Positions 38,639 to 53,452 of a stretch of DNA of 64,000 nt are shown in pieces (the first letter of the stretch is position 1; each line of letters begins with the position of its first letter). Location of the stretch: the NCBI GenBank assembly GCA_964016885.1, contig OZ024743.1:344224001-344288000 (forward strand), given 5' to 3'. Source of the DNA: Eledone cirrhosa. Taxonomy: Eukaryota. A program made the translations under genes and the position numbers. A model generated the notes under the pieces. That model searched no databases and had not been told where the DNA came from. It saw nothing but the letters and a program-made list of their open reading frames with translations.

Positions 38639-38686
38639 CTATCCATCTATCCATCGATGCATACACGCGCATACACACACAAGGGC

Positions 38687-38752
<66 letters not shown>

Positions 38753-39392
38753 ACATATATACAAAGAAAATCTGATAAAAAGGAATGAAAATATTGAAAG
38801 TAGAAAGGCGATGTGATATTAGAGAGGGTTATCAACGTCGATCATCTAAAATTGTTTTGTAGTCAATGTTGCGAGAAACTTTTACCGACACATAGCGGAG
38901 AAAGCGTTGGTCGCTTGCCTACCGGCTAAAATGCTAAGCCTTGTGTTTCCGAAATGTTTCCATGCGTTTTCCAGAACATTCTGCCAGCAAATAACGGAAA
39001 TTAACTCCCCTTGCCCTCCGGTCGTTTAGTAAATCAACCATTGGCGTTCTCGATGGGAAAATGCTATCCGATTGGTCGACGTCTCTGTCAAGAGGAAGTG
39101 ATGTCATCACATACAATGCCTGAAATAATTGCAAGCCATTAATGCTTTCCTTTGTAAGTAAATTAGGTCGTTCGTCAGATACATCTTCATTGCCCTTTAT
39201 CTGCTCCTCCCTCTATCTATCTCTCTTTCTCTCTCCCCCTTCGCTGTGTCTCTCTTCTTTTAAATCACTTTACCTTCACACTTTTCTCCTTCATTTCTTT
39301 TTAAATTCTCGTTACATTCTTTTCTTCTCTTTCGCTTCAACATTCTTTCTCTTTCACATTACACACATATACCCAACTCATACATATGTATG

Positions 39393-39445
<53 letters not shown>

Positions 39446-39460
39446 ATATATATATGTATA

Positions 39461-39504
<44 letters not shown>

Positions 39505-39558
39505 TTATATCATATATATTATATACATACATATTATATATATATTATATATATGTAG

Positions 39559-39594
<36 letters not shown>

Positions 39595-39599
39595 AATGT

Positions 39600-39678
<79 letters not shown>

Positions 39679-39679
39679 A

Positions 39680-39775
<96 letters not shown>

Positions 39776-39778
<3 letters not shown>

Positions 39779-39842
39779 GGTGTCCCCGAAAATGTATACA
39801 CATACTTATTAGAATGCTGTTGTATTTTTTAGGGACACCTTG
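39776..39842. mobile_element. Tiny Tc1/mariner-type MITE (67 bp)
   Basis: TA|CAGGGTGTCCC ... GGGACACCTTG|TA terminal inverted repeats within (TA)n. Confidence 0.6.
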
Positions 39843-40479
39843 TATATATATATGCATATATATATATATATATGTATATATATGTATATAGTGAGAGAGA
39901 GAGATTTTGAGTATATATTGAGTATATATATATAGATTTTGAGTATATATAGCAGTAATAAATGAAGCTAAATTTTAAACATTTGACTTATTTATTTTAT
40001 TTTATTTTACATATATATATATACATATATATATACACATACATATATATATATAAATATATATGTATATACATATATATATATTTGTTTTTATCATTTA
40101 TTTTGTTTGACCTGTTTAGCTTGATTTGTTTTTTTAGCTTAGGTGGTTAATGCCTTCTTAACCACTTTTTCAGTTTGTATGGCGTTTTAACACATTGTTT
40201 AGCTCTAGTTTTCTTAACTAGTGGAGCGCTTGCCAGCATTTCTACGATTTTGCGTTTCGTTTCGCTTTTTCTACCGGCCGAAATACGATTCTCGCTGAAT
40301 TATATTTATATATTTATATCTACTGATTCTTTGTAATTTTATTTTTTATTTTTTTTAAATTTTATTTTCAACCTAAAAATTTCCGGACTTTCGCAATTAT
40401 CTCCCTTACATCTCCCGCACGCAGTCTAGTATTGCCTGTGTGAAGTGACCGGGTTTCTGCGCATGCGCGTTCGTACGGT

Positions 40480-40650
40480 TGTCCTTCTTGTTCCTATAAC
40501 CATACACATCCCGAGATGAAGATCCGCGAAGGTGAAACAATTGTTCTCGGTATGGTGAACTAACTGTTGTGTAACCACTTCTACCTAACTCGTCCCATGG
40601 ACTGAGTGCTCTACCACTACGGATATTACCTTCCAGTGTTCTACCACTAT
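40480..40650 (+). mobile_element. Family P2 element with a hammerhead-like motif at 40511-40550
   Basis: CCGAG-ATGAAGA-TCCGCGAAGGT-GAAA-CAATTG-TT-CTCGG. The 3' part is shared with 12850-12965 and 58260-58370. Confidence 0.65.
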
Positions 40651-40706
40651 ATATATATATATATACACACATGTACATACACACACTCACATATATATAT
40701 GTATAT

Positions 40707-40908
40707 ATAGGAACAAGTATGACCCCGACGGCAGAGCTCAAGCTGTTTTGACGGCATTTTCTGGACTCTGTCCAGAAATACCCGTCGAAACGGCTTGAGC
40801 TCTGCCGTCGGGGTCATACTTGTTCCTATTACCCACTCTACTACCCTAAGTATTGAGTACTCTGGTGCGTTATGGTCCTTCTGGTTCCTTACCACAATTC
40901 CTTCGTCA
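40707..40908 (+). mobile_element. Family P1 palindromic element
   Basis: ~60-bp inverted arms (40707-40829) plus an ~80-bp tail, flanked by TA repeats. Confidence 0.8.
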
Positions 40909-40956
40909 TATATGTATATGATGGCTGCCCCCTCGTTATCGAGTATGCCGTCCTCC

Positions 40957-40988
<32 letters not shown>

Positions 40989-40991
40989 TTC

Positions 40992-41023
<32 letters not shown>

Positions 41024-41084
41024 CTTCTATCATCATCATCATCATCAACAACCTCTTTATTTTCTTCCTCTTCTAGCTTATCCC

Positions 41085-44000
41085 CCCCTACTTCCTTCTC
41101 TTCCCACCATATTATACTCCCCCTACTTCCTTCTCTTCCCACCATACTATGCTCCCCCTGCTTCCTTCTCTTCCCACCATACTATGCTCCCCCTACTTCC
41201 TTCTCTTCCCACCATACTATGCTCCCCCCTACTCCCTTCTCTTCCCACCATATTATACTCCCCCTGCTTCCTTCTCTTCCCACCATATTATGCTCCCCCT
41301 ACTTCCTTCTCTTCCCACCATATTATACTCCCCCTACTTCCTTCTCTTCCCACCATACTATGCTCCCCCTGCTTCCTTCTCTTCCCACCATACTATGCTC
41401 CCCCTACTTCCTTCTCTTCCCACCATACTATGCTCCCCCCTACTCCCTTCTCTTCCCACCATATTATACTCCCCCTGCTTCCTTCTCTTCCCACCATATT
41501 ATACTCCCCCTACTTCCTTCTCTTCCCACCATATTATACTCCCCCTACTTCCTTCTCTTCCCACCATACTATGCTCCCCCTACTTCCTTCTCTTCCCACC
41601 ATATTATACTCCCCCTACTTCCTTCTCTTCCCACCATACTATGCTCCCCCTACTTCCTTCTCTTCCCACCATACTATGCTCCCCCTGCTTCCTTCTCTTC
41701 CCACCATACTATGCTCCCCCTACTTCCTTCTCTTCCCACCATACTATGCTCCCCCTGCTTCCTTCTCTTCCCACCATATTATACTCCCCCTACTTCCTTC
41801 TCTTCCCACCATACTATGCTCCCCCTACTTCCTTCTCTTCCCACCATATTATACTCCCCCTACTTCCTTCTCTTCCCACCATACTATGCTCCCCCTGCTT
41901 CCTTCTCTTCCCACCATACTATGCTCCCCCGTACTTCCTTCTCTTCCCACCATATTATACTCCCCCTGCTTCCTTCTCTTCCCACCATATTATGCTCCCC
42001 CTACTTTCTTCTCTTCCCACCATACTATGCTCCCCCTACTTCCTTCTCTTCCCACCATATTATACTCCCCCTACTTCCTTCTCTTCCCACCATACTATGC
42101 TCCCCCTACTTCCTTCTCTTCCCACCATATTATACTCCCCCTACTTCCTTCTCTTCCCACCATACTATGCTCCCCCTGCTTCCTTCTCTTCCCACCATAC
42201 TATGCTCCCCCTACTTCCTTCTCTTCCCACCATATTATACTCCCCCTACTTCCTTCTCTTCCCACCATACTATGCTCCCCCTGCTTCCTTCTCTTCCCAC
42301 CATACTATGCTCCCCCTGCTTCCTTCTCTTCCCACCATACTATGCTCCCCCTACTTCCTTCTCTTCCCACCATATTATACTCCCCCTACTTCCTTCTCTT
42401 CCCACCATACTATGCTCCCCCTGCTTCCTTCTCTTCCCACCATACTATGCTCCCCCTGCTTCCTTCTCTTCCCACCATACTATGCTTCCTTCTCTTCCCA
42501 CCATACTATGCTCCCCCTACTTCCTTCTCTTCCCACCATATTATACTCCCCCTACTTCCTTCTCTTCCCACCATACTATGCTCCCCCTGCTTCCTTCTCT
42601 TCCCACCATACTATGCTCCCCCTACTTCCTTCTCTTCCCACCATATTATACTCCCCCTGCTTCCTTCTCTTCCCACCATACTATGCTCCCCCTACTTCCT
42701 TCTCTTCCCACCATATTATACTCCCCCTACTTCCTTCTCTTCCCACCATACTATGCTCCCCCTACTTACTTCTCTTCCCACCATACTATGCTCTCCCTGC
42801 TTCCTTCTCTTCCCACCATACTATGCTCCCCCTGCTTCCTTCTCTTCCCACCATACTATGCTCCCCCTACTTCCTTCTCTTCCCACCATACTATACTCCC
42901 CCTACTTCCTTCTCTTCCCACCATACTATGCTCCCCCTGCTTCCTTCTCTTCCCACCATACTATGCTCCCCCTACTTCCTTCTCTTCCCACCATATTATA
43001 CTCCCCCTACTTCCTTCTCTTCCCACCATACTATGCTCGCCCTGCTTCCTTCTCTTCCCACCATACTATGCTCCCCCTGCTTCCTTCTCTTCCCACCATA
43101 CTATGCTCCCCCTACTTCCTTCTCTTCCCACCATATTATACTCCCCCTACTTCCTTCTCTTCCCACCATACTATGCTCATCCTGCTTCCTTCTCTTCCCA
43201 CCATACTATGCTCCCCCTGCTTCCTTCTCTTCCCACCATACTATGCTCCCCCTGCTTCCTTCTCTTCCCACCATACTATGCTCCCCCTGCTTCCTTCTCT
43301 TCCCACCATATTATACTCCCCCTACTTCCTTCTCTTCCCACCATACTATGCTCCCCCTGCTTCCTCTCTTCCCACCATACTATGCTCCCCCTACTTCCTT
43401 CTCTTCCCACCATACTATGCTCCCCCCTACTCCCTTCTCTTCCCACCATATTATACTCCCCCTACTTCCTTCTCTTCCCACCATACTATGCTCCCCCTGC
43501 TTCCTTCTCTTCCCACCATACTATGCTCCATCTGCTTCCTTCTCTTCCCACCATACTATGCTCCCCCTGCTTCCTTCTCTTCCCACCATACTATGCTCCC
43601 CCTACTTCCTTCTCTTCCCACCATATTATACTCCCCCTACTTCCTTCTCTTCCCACCATACTATGCTCCCCCTGCTTCCTTCTCTTCCCACCATACTATG
43701 CTCCCCCTGCTTCCTTCTCTTCCCACCATATTATGCTCCCCCTACTTCCTTCTCTTCCCACCATATTATGCTCCCCCTACTTCCTTCTCTTCCCACCATA
43801 CTATGCTCCCCCTACTTCCTTCTCTTCCCACCATATTATGCTCCCCCTACTTCCTTCTCTTCCCACCATACTATGCTCCCCCTGCTTCCTTCTCTTCCCA
43901 CCATACTATGCTCCCCCTACTTCCTTCTCTTCCCACCATACTATGCTCCCCCCTACTTCCTTCTCTTCCCACCATATTATACTCCCCCTGCTTCCTTCTC

Positions 44001-44762
44001 TTCCCACCATATTATGCTCCCCCTACTTCCTTCTCTTCCCACCATACTATGCTCCCCCTACTTCCTTCTCTTCCCACCATATTATACTCCCCCTACTTCC
44101 TTCTCTTCCCACCATACTATGCTCCCCCTACTTCCTTCTCTTCCCACCATATTATACTCCCCCTACTTCCTTCTCTTCCCACCATACTATGCTCCCGCTG
44201 CTTCCTTCTCTTCCCACCATACTATGCTCCCCCTACTTCCTTCTCTTCCCACCATACTATGCTCCCCCCTACTTCCTTCTCTTCCCACCACATTATACTC
44301 CCCCTGCTTCCTTCTCTTCCCACCATATTATGCTCCCCCTACTTCCTTCTCTACCCACCATACTATGCTCCCCCTATTTCCTTCTCTTCCCACCATATTA
44401 TACTCCCCCTACTTCCTTCTCTTCCCACCATACTATGCTCCCCCTACTTCCTTCTCTTCCCACCATATTATACTCCCCCTACTTCCTTCTCTTCCCACCA
44501 TACTATGCTCCCCCTGCTTCCTTCTCTTCCCACCATACTATGCTCCCCCTACTTCCTTCTCTTCCCACCATACTATGCTCCCCCCCTACTTCCTTCTCTT
44601 CCCACCATATTATACTCCCCCTGCTTCCTTCTCTTCCCACCATATTATGCTCCCCCTACTTCCTTCTCTTCCCACCATACTATGCTCCCCCTACTTCCTT
44701 CTCTTCCCACCATAATATACTCCCCCTACTTCCTTCTCTTCCCACCATACTATGCCCCCCCC
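41085..44762. repeat. 35-bp minisatellite, about 105 units
   Basis: Unit CTCCCCCT(A/G)CTTCCTTCTCTTCCCACCATA(CTATG/TTATA). Confidence 0.97.
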
Positions 44763-44877
44763 CCTTCCCGCAAACCACTAAAGATGAAACGTCTATAATA
44801 TTTCCAAAGCAAGTTAATTAGAAGTCGTGCAAATATATGTTCATGCGTGAGTAACGTTTCAAATTTCGCCGATCTGC

Positions 44878-45892
44878 CTCACCATCACTACCACCACCAC
44901 CACCACCATCATCACTACCACCACCACCACCACCACCATCACTACCACCACCACCACCACCATCATCACCATCACCACCACCATCACCACCATCACCATC
45001 ACCACCACCATCACCACCACCACCACCACCACCATCACCATAATCATCATCACCATCACCATCATCATCATCACCATCACCATCACCATCACCATCACCA
45101 TCACCATCACCACCACCACCATCATCATCACCACCACCATCACCAGCATCACCACCATCATCACCATCACCATCATCACCATCACCATCACCACCACCAC
45201 CATCATCACCATCACCACCACCATCATCATCACCATCACCATCACGATCATCACCATCACCATCACCATCACCATCACCACCATCACCACCACCATCATC
45301 ACCATCACCATCACCATCATCATCACCATCATCACCACCATCATCACCATCACCATCACCATCATCATCATCACCACCATCATCACCATCACCATCACCA
45401 CCACCACCATCATCATCACCATCACCATCACCACCACCGCCATCATCACCATCACCACCACCATCATCATCACCATCACCACCACCATCATCACCATCAC
45501 CACCACCACCACCATCATCATCATCACTACCATCATCACTATCACCACCACCATCATCATCATCACCGCCACCACCATCATCATCATCATCACCATCACC
45601 ATCACCATCATCATCAACAACAACACCATCATCATCATCATCAACAACAACATCATCAGTATCATAATCATCATGATCATCATAACCACCGTCAATTTTA
45701 GTTACCACCACCACCACCACCACCACCACCACCACCACACCACCACTACATTCACCACCACCACCACCAACACCACCACCACCACCGCCACCACAACTAC
45801 ATTCACCACCACCACCACCACCACCACCACCACCACCACCACCACCACCACCACCAACACCACCACCATCACCAACACCACCACCACCACGA
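44878..45892. repeat. (CAC/CAT)n trinucleotide low-complexity tract
   Basis: Seen directly in the sequence. Confidence 0.95.
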
Positions 45893-46004
45893 TCACATAC
45901 CCAAACATGCATACACACAAACATGTACTCCCATACACATAATAACACATACTCACAGGGACCCACAAACACACGCACTTACACACATATCTCCTTATCT
46001 ATCT

Positions 46005-46175
<171 letters not shown>

Positions 46176-46283
46176 TGTATGTATATACATGGGTATATAT
46201 TTATGTAATATACGTGTATGTATATATATATATATATATATATGCGTATATATATATTTATGTATGTACATACATAAATATGC

Positions 46284-46323
<40 letters not shown>

Positions 46324-46332
46324 ATATTACAT

Positions 46333-46377
<45 letters not shown>

Positions 46378-46645
46378 CATATACATATGTATGTATATAT
46401 TATATATATACATATATATACATATATACATACATGCATATATATATATATATATATAAAGAGACGAAGAGAAACATGTATGTGTGCATATATATGTGTG
46501 TGTGCGTGTATACATATATATATATATATACACGCATATGTTCATATATATATATATGTATAAATATATATATATATATGCATGTATGTATATATGTATA
46601 TATATGTATATATATAATATATACATACATATATATATATATATG

Positions 46646-46691
<46 letters not shown>

Positions 46692-46731
46692 CATGCATAT
46701 TTATGTATGTACATACATAAATATATATATA

Positions 46732-46769
<38 letters not shown>

Positions 46770-46810
46770 CACGTATATTACATAAATATATACCCATGTA
46801 TATACATACA

Positions 46811-47072
<262 letters not shown>

Positions 47073-47277
47073 TATGTGTGTGTGTAAATACATACATATA
47101 TACATACACATACATACATCCTTAATAACACATAGAATTATTTCTTCATTGAAGTTTAAATTAAATCTTAATCCAAATTATAAATGGAGCTAGGTGTTTT
47201 AAAGATGGCGGTGAAGGATGGAGGGTTGAGGCTGGAAGGTGAAGTGTAGAACTGTGGCGTATAGAATTTGAGGATAG

Positions 47278-47503
47278 ATGAAGTAAAGGGATGGTGGTGG
47301 CTGGGATGGAGGTGGCTGGGGTGGTGTGGAAGAGGTTGAGGAAGTAAAGGGATGGAGGTGGCTGGGGGTGGTGTGGAAGAGGTTGAGGAAGTAAAGGGAT
47401 GGAGGTGGCTGGGGGTGGTGTGGAAGAGGTTGAGGAAGTAAAGGGATGGAGGTGGCTGGGATGGTGGTGGCTGGGCTGGTGTGGTAGAGGTTGAGGAAGT
47501 AAA
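47278..47503. repeat. 47-bp G-rich tandem repeat, about 4 units
   Basis: GAGGTTGAGGAAGTAAAGGGATGGAGGTGGCTGGGGGTGGTGTGGAA recurs at 47332, 47379 and 47426. Confidence 0.85.
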
Positions 47504-48200
47504 GAGAAAGGTTATTTGAGTGAGAGGCAACTTGGAGGAGAGCCAATGATGTTTCATCAGTAGGTAGAACATTGAAATGGCTGGAGGATAATATGGTGGC
47601 GTTATTGGCGCTGATGTCGGTGATGGTGGGGATGGTGGTGATGGTGGTGATGTCGGTGATGGTGGTGATGGTGGTGATGGTGGTGATGGTGGTGATGGTG
47701 GTGATGGTGGTGATGTCGGTGATGGTGGGGATGGTGGTGATGGTGGTGATGGTGGTGATGGTGGGGATGGTGGTGATGGTGGTGATGTCGGTGATGGTGG
47801 GGATGGTGGTGATGGTGGTGATGGTGGTGATGGTGGTGATGGTGGTGATGTCGGTGATGGTGGGGATGGTGGTGATGGTGGTGATGTCGGTGATGGTGGG
47901 GATGGTGGTGATGGTGGTGATGGTGGTGATGGTGGTGATGGTGGTGATGGTGGTGATGTCGGTGATGGTGGTGATGGTGGTGATGGTGGTGATGGTGGTG
48001 ATGGTGGTGATGGTGGTGGTGGTGGTGATGGTGGTGATGATGGTGGTGGTGGTGATGGTGGTGATGATGGTGGTGATGATGGTGATGATGGCGTCGGTAG
48101 CGGTGTCATCGTGATGACACTGATGGTGATGACGACGATGATGACGATGATGATAATGATGATGATAATGATGATGTGGATGACGACGATGATGACGATG

Positions 48201-48377
48201 ATAATTGTTTCTACTTTAGGCACAAGGCCAGCAATTACCCAGTGCATTACTGGTACTTTATTTTATCGACCCCGTAAGGATGAAAGGCAAAGTCAACCTC
48301 GGCGGGATTTGAACTCAGATCGTAAAGGGACGTAACTATGCTGGAAAGCATGGCGTCCGACCCTCTACCGATACTGA
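48201..48377 (-). mobile_element. tRNA-derived SINE (family A)
   Basis: Near-identical reverse complement of 9197-9386. Confidence 0.9.
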
Positions 48378-48573
48378 TGATGTGGATGATGATGATGACG
48401 ATGATGATGATGTGGATGATGATGATGACGATGATGATGATGATGATGATAATGATGATGATAGCGATGATTATGGTGATGGCTGTTTCATTATGATGAT
48501 GATGTTGACGACGAGGAGGAGAGGGGGGTTGACATTATGATGGCAATGATGGTGATGTGGGTGATGATGATGC

Positions 48574-48604
<31 letters not shown>

Positions 48605-48629
48605 AGCGATGATTGTGGTGTTTCGTTAT

Positions 48630-48763
48630 GTTACGGCCCTTGCCATTCTGAGTTCAAATGCCGCCGAGGTTGATTTTGCCTTTCATCCTTACGGGGTCGA
48701 TAAAATAAAGTACCAGTAATACACTGGGTATTTGCTGGCCTTGTGCCAAACGTAAAAACAATT
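48630..48763 (+). mobile_element. SINE family A, 5'-truncated
   Basis: GAGTTCAAATG...GCCTTTCATCCTTACGGGGTCGATAAAATAAAGTACCAG. Confidence 0.85.
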
Positions 48764-49576
48764 ATGATGGCGATGGTGATGGCGATGGTGATGGTGATGA
48801 TGATGATGATAATGAGGAGGAGGGGAAGAGGAGGGGTGAAGGAGGAGGACGACGACATTATGATGACACTGATGACACTGATGGATGACCGATGATGATG
48901 ATGGTGGTGATGATGGTGGTGATGATGGTGATGCTGATAATGGTGATGATGATGGTGATGGTGGTGATGGTGATGATGATGGTGATGATGGTGGTGATGA
49001 TGATGATGGTGGTGATAGTGATGGTGGTGATGGTGATGGTGATGATGATGATGGTGATGATGGTGATGGTGGTGATGGTGGTGTTGGTGATGATGATGGT
49101 GGTGGTGATGATGATGGTGGTGGTGATGGTGATGGTGATGGTGATGGTGGTGATGATGGTGGTGATGATGGTGATGGTGATGGTGATGGTGGTGATGATG
49201 GTGGTGATGGTGGTGATGGTGGTGGTGATGGTGGTGATTATGGTGGTGATGGTGGTGGTGATGGTGGTGATGGTGATGGTGGTGGTGATGGTGGTGATTA
49301 TGGTGGTGATGGTGATGGTGGTGGTGATGGTGCTGATGATGGTGGTGATGGTGATGATGGTGGTGATGATGGTGGTGATGATGGTGGTGTTGATGATGGT
49401 GGTGATGATGATGGTGATGGTGATGATGGTGGTGATGGTGGTGGTGATGATGGTGGTGATGATGGTAGTGATGATGGTGGTGATGATGGTGGTGATGATG
49501 ATGGTGGTGATGATGGTGAACGAGGAACATAATAGCGAAACGAAGTAGAAGAAGAAGGAAAAAATTCATGATAATG

Positions 49577-50392
49577 TGAAGAAACAGAAGAAACAGAGGA
49601 GAAAGAAGAGAAAGAAGAAACAGAAGAGAAAGAAGAGAAAGAAGAGAAAGAAGAGAAAGAAGAGAAAGAAGAAAAAGAAGAAAAAGAAGAAAAAAGAAGA
49701 AAAAAGAAGAAAAAGAAAAAGAAGAAAAAGAAGAAAAAGAAGAAAAAGAAGAAAAAGAAGAGAAAGAAGAAAAAGAAGAAAAAGAAGAAAAAGAAGAAAA
49801 AGAAGAGAAAGAAGAAAAAGAAGAAAAAGAAGAAAAAGAAGAAACAGAAGAAAAAGAAGAAAAAGAAGAGGAAGAAGAGAAAGAAGAGAAAGAAGAGAAA
49901 GAAGAAAAAGAAGAAAAAGAAGAAAAAGAAGAAAAAGAAGAGAAAGAAGAGAAAGAAGATAAAGAAGAAAAAGAAGAAAAAGAAGAAACAGAAGAAAAAG
50001 AAGAAAAAGAAGAGGAAGAAGAGAAAGAAGAGAAAGAAGAAAAAGAAGAAAAAGAAGAAAAAGAAGAGGAAGAGGAGAAAGAAGAGAAAGAAGAGAAAGA
50101 AGAAAAAGAAGAGAAAGAAGAGAAAGAAGAGAAAGAAGAAAAAGAAGAAAAAGAAGAAAAAGAAGAAAAAGAAAAAAAAGAAGAGAAAGAAGAGAAAGAA
50201 GAGAAAGAAGAAAAAGAAGAAAAAGAAGAAACAGAAGAAAAAGAAGAGGAAGAAGAGAAAGAAGAGAAAGAAGAGAAAGAAGAGAAAGAAGAAAAAGAAG
50301 AAAAAGAAGAAAAAGAAGAAAAAAGAAGAAAAAGAAGAAAAAGAAGAAAAAGAAGAAAAAGAAGAAAAAGAAGAAAAAGAAGAAAAAGAGAT
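49577..50392. repeat. (GAAAAAGAA)-type purine repeat
   Basis: Seen directly in the sequence. Confidence 0.95.
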
Positions 50393-50649
50393 GAAAGAAA
50401 ATATAAGAAAGAGAAGAGAGCGGGAGAAGAGATAGATTATTGAGGGGGAGGGAAAGAGAGAGCGGTGGTGGTTGCGATGATGAGTGGCAGAAAGAGGAGA
50501 TAGGGTGAGTGGAGGAGATGAGGAAAGTAAGAGAGGAGGAGGGAAGTGGGTGAGAGAAGGGGGCGTGTACAGAGTGAGTTACAGATAGAGAGAACGACAT
50601 TGAGAGGTAATAAGGGAGAGAAAGAAGGCAGTAGTCTATTTCCTCCTCC

Positions 50650-50689
50650 TTGTTGTTATTGTTGGTGGTGTTGTTGTTGTTGGTGGTGG

Positions 50690-50722
<33 letters not shown>

Positions 50723-50890
50723 CTTTGTTGTTGTCTTTGTTGTTGGTGTTGTTGTTGTTGGTGTTGTTGTTGTTGGTGGTGGTGTTGTTGTTGTTGTTGC
50801 TGTTGCTGTTGTTGTTGCTGTTGTTGCTGTTGTTGTTGCTGTTGTTGTTGTTGTTGTAGTTGTTGTTGTTGTTGTTTATGTTGTTGTTGC

Positions 50891-50921
<31 letters not shown>

Positions 50922-51193
50922 ATTGCTGTTGTTGCTGTTGTTGTTGTTGTTGCTGTTGTTGCTGTTGTTGTTATTGCTGTTGTTGCTGTTGCTGTCGTTG
51001 TTGTTGTTGTTGTCGTTGTTGTTTTTGTTGTTGTTGTTGCTGTTGTTGTTGTTGCTGTTGTTGCTATTGTTGCTGTTGCTGTTGTTGCTGTTGTTGTTGC
51101 TGTTGTTGTTGTTGTTGCTGTTGTTGTTGTTGCTGTTGTAGCTGTTACTGTTGTTGTTGTTGTTGTTGTTGTTGTTGCTGTTGTTGCTGTTGC

Positions 51194-51245
<52 letters not shown>

Positions 51246-51322
51246 CTTCTTCTTCTTCTTCTTCTTCTTCTTCTTCCTCGTTCACCTTCGTCATCATCAT
51301 CATCATCAATCATCATCATCAA
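50650..51322. repeat. (TTG/CTG)n, (TTC)n and (ATC)n tracts
   Basis: Seen directly in the sequence. Confidence 0.95.
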
Positions 51323-51648
51323 TGAGAGAAAGAAAGAATGCAGTAGTCTGAGAGGGAGAGACTAGCAGACGACAAAGTCAATGACAATAAGCAGCAAAGT
51401 CAGTGTCTGTATACCAGTAGATAGTATCAGCAATGGAGAGACCAATTGAAACAATGTTTTCTTAGTCCGATTAGAAATACTTCCACCCCACCCGGTAGGC
51501 GAATGAGGTTTGGGATTTTGTTAATCGATCGATAAATATGCATATATATTTATAAATATGCATATATATTTATAAATATGTATATATATTTATAAATATG
51601 TATATATATTTATAAACATGTATATATATTTATGAATATATATATATG

Positions 51649-51717
<69 letters not shown>

Positions 51718-51742
51718 GTATATATATATATGTGTATATATG

Positions 51743-51806
<64 letters not shown>

Positions 51807-51917
51807 GAGGTTATATTTAATTTGTTAGGATTCAACAAGTTATCCAGGAAGCTCCAACCGGTAGGGTTGTCTTTTTTTTTTCCGGGTATGTCAATATTTA
51901 TTTATAAAACTAATGTG

Positions 51918-51983
51918 TATTTTATCTGATGAAAGCGCACCATAATTTGCCTTGGTTGCCCTTGAAATATATATAATAAAATA
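51918..51983 (+). ncRNA. Minimal type I hammerhead ribozyme fold (family P3 arm)
   Basis: TATTTTAT-CTGATGA-AAGCGCACCA...TGGTTGCCCTT-GAAA-TATATA-TA-ATAAAATA, with a perfect 8-bp stem I. Confidence 0.7.
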
Positions 51984-52021
51984 AATATGGTTTTATAAAT
52001 ATAGTTTCCATTTATTAATAT

Positions 52022-52072
<51 letters not shown>

Positions 52073-52141
52073 GTATATACTTACTGTCATTCCCCCTCTC
52101 CCTATGTATATCTATATCTATATCTATTTATCTATCTATCT

Positions 52142-52552
52142 AGGTTAAAAGGGCTGAGGGCAGAGACATTTCTCACCGGCCAACAACTGATTCTTTTTTT
52201 TCAAATATCACTTTAGAAGAAGAATCAGGATGGAGAGAGAGGTGCTGTACCCCAGCAAGTTTTATGAAAGGTGGGTGAAAGTGGCGAGAATGGCCCGAGT
52301 GGTTGGGCCTTCTCTCTATATCAGCCTGTAGGTTGAGGAAAAAGAGGAACAGAGGAAAGCGGGTACTCACTCTTCGTACTCCTGGAGATGAGGGTTGCAC
52401 ATTTTTTCGGGAGTATGTCTCCCCCTATTGGGGAAAATCGATTGTGTTTTAAATTGCATTTGTGATAGTATTTTACACGTTTTTTATTGTATGTAAACTT
52501 CCCCCTTTGTATTTGTCCCCTTCTTTTGTGCCCTTGTGGCTAATAAAGAAAC
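52142..52552 (+). mobile_element. 5'-truncated diverged copy of the Tx1-like element
   Basis: Encodes RLKGLRAETFLTGQQL.../YHFRRRIRMEREVLYPSKFYERWVKVARMARVVGPSLYISL*. The 3' UTR ends AATAAAGAAAC, and TATC repeats lie on both sides. Confidence 0.93.
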
Positions 52553-52561
52553 ATATCTATC

Positions 52562-52594
<33 letters not shown>

Positions 52595-52603
52595 TATATA
52601 TAT

Positions 52604-52743
<140 letters not shown>

Positions 52744-52744
52744 G

Positions 52745-52818
<74 letters not shown>

Positions 52819-53274
52819 TGCGTGTATATATATACAAATATACATATATATATACACTATATGCATATATACATATATACATACACTATATACATATATG
52901 TATACACACACACAAACAAAAACACACACACATACGTATTCAAAATTTTGTTCTGCGTGTTTGTTGTGTGTATGTAAAAGAATGTTCACTGTGTGTTTAT
53001 GTGTGTAATATATGTATTTGTAGGCATGTGTTGCATGTTTGTGTCCAGTTTGTGTTCATGTATTTTTTGTGTGTTTAATCAGTGAGGGAATGGCAACCCC
53101 CACGACACTTTTAAAGTGGGCGCTGGGGCCTAAGTGGGCAGTGGGGTGGGTGGGTGGATGGTAGACATGGTATAATAATATATTAAATATCAAATGATTA
53201 TTATATATAAATATAATAAAATGAAGAATATATAATATTTATTTATACATAGTATATATTATATATATATATAG

Positions 53275-53452
53275 TGGCTTGGCAGTATCGGTGGAGAGTC
53301 AGACTTTGTAGTATAGAGTTACATCCCTTTACGTTCTCAGTTCAAATCCCACCGAGGTTAACTTTGCCTTTCATCCTTAAGGGGTCGATAAAATAAAGTA
53401 CCAGTAATGCACTGAGATAGTTGCTGGCCTTGTGCCTATGTAGTAACTATTA
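53275..53452 (+). mobile_element. SINE family A
   Basis: TGGCAGTATCGG...GTTCAAATCC...GCCTTTCATCCTTAAGGGGTCGATAAAATAAAGTACCAG. Confidence 0.88.

Larger units (their letters stand above)
47610..49520. repeat. (GGT/GAT)n tracts interrupted by two SINEs
   Basis: Seen directly in the sequence. Confidence 0.9.

Noticed and set aside
41085-44762. Possible CRISPR array (35-bp repeat)
   Set aside because: There are no unique spacers and no cas genes, and the context is eukaryotic.
40872-44821. Three ORFs of about 1200-1300 aa
   Set aside because: They are a by-product of a stop-free 35-bp minisatellite, with no codon-level or domain evidence.
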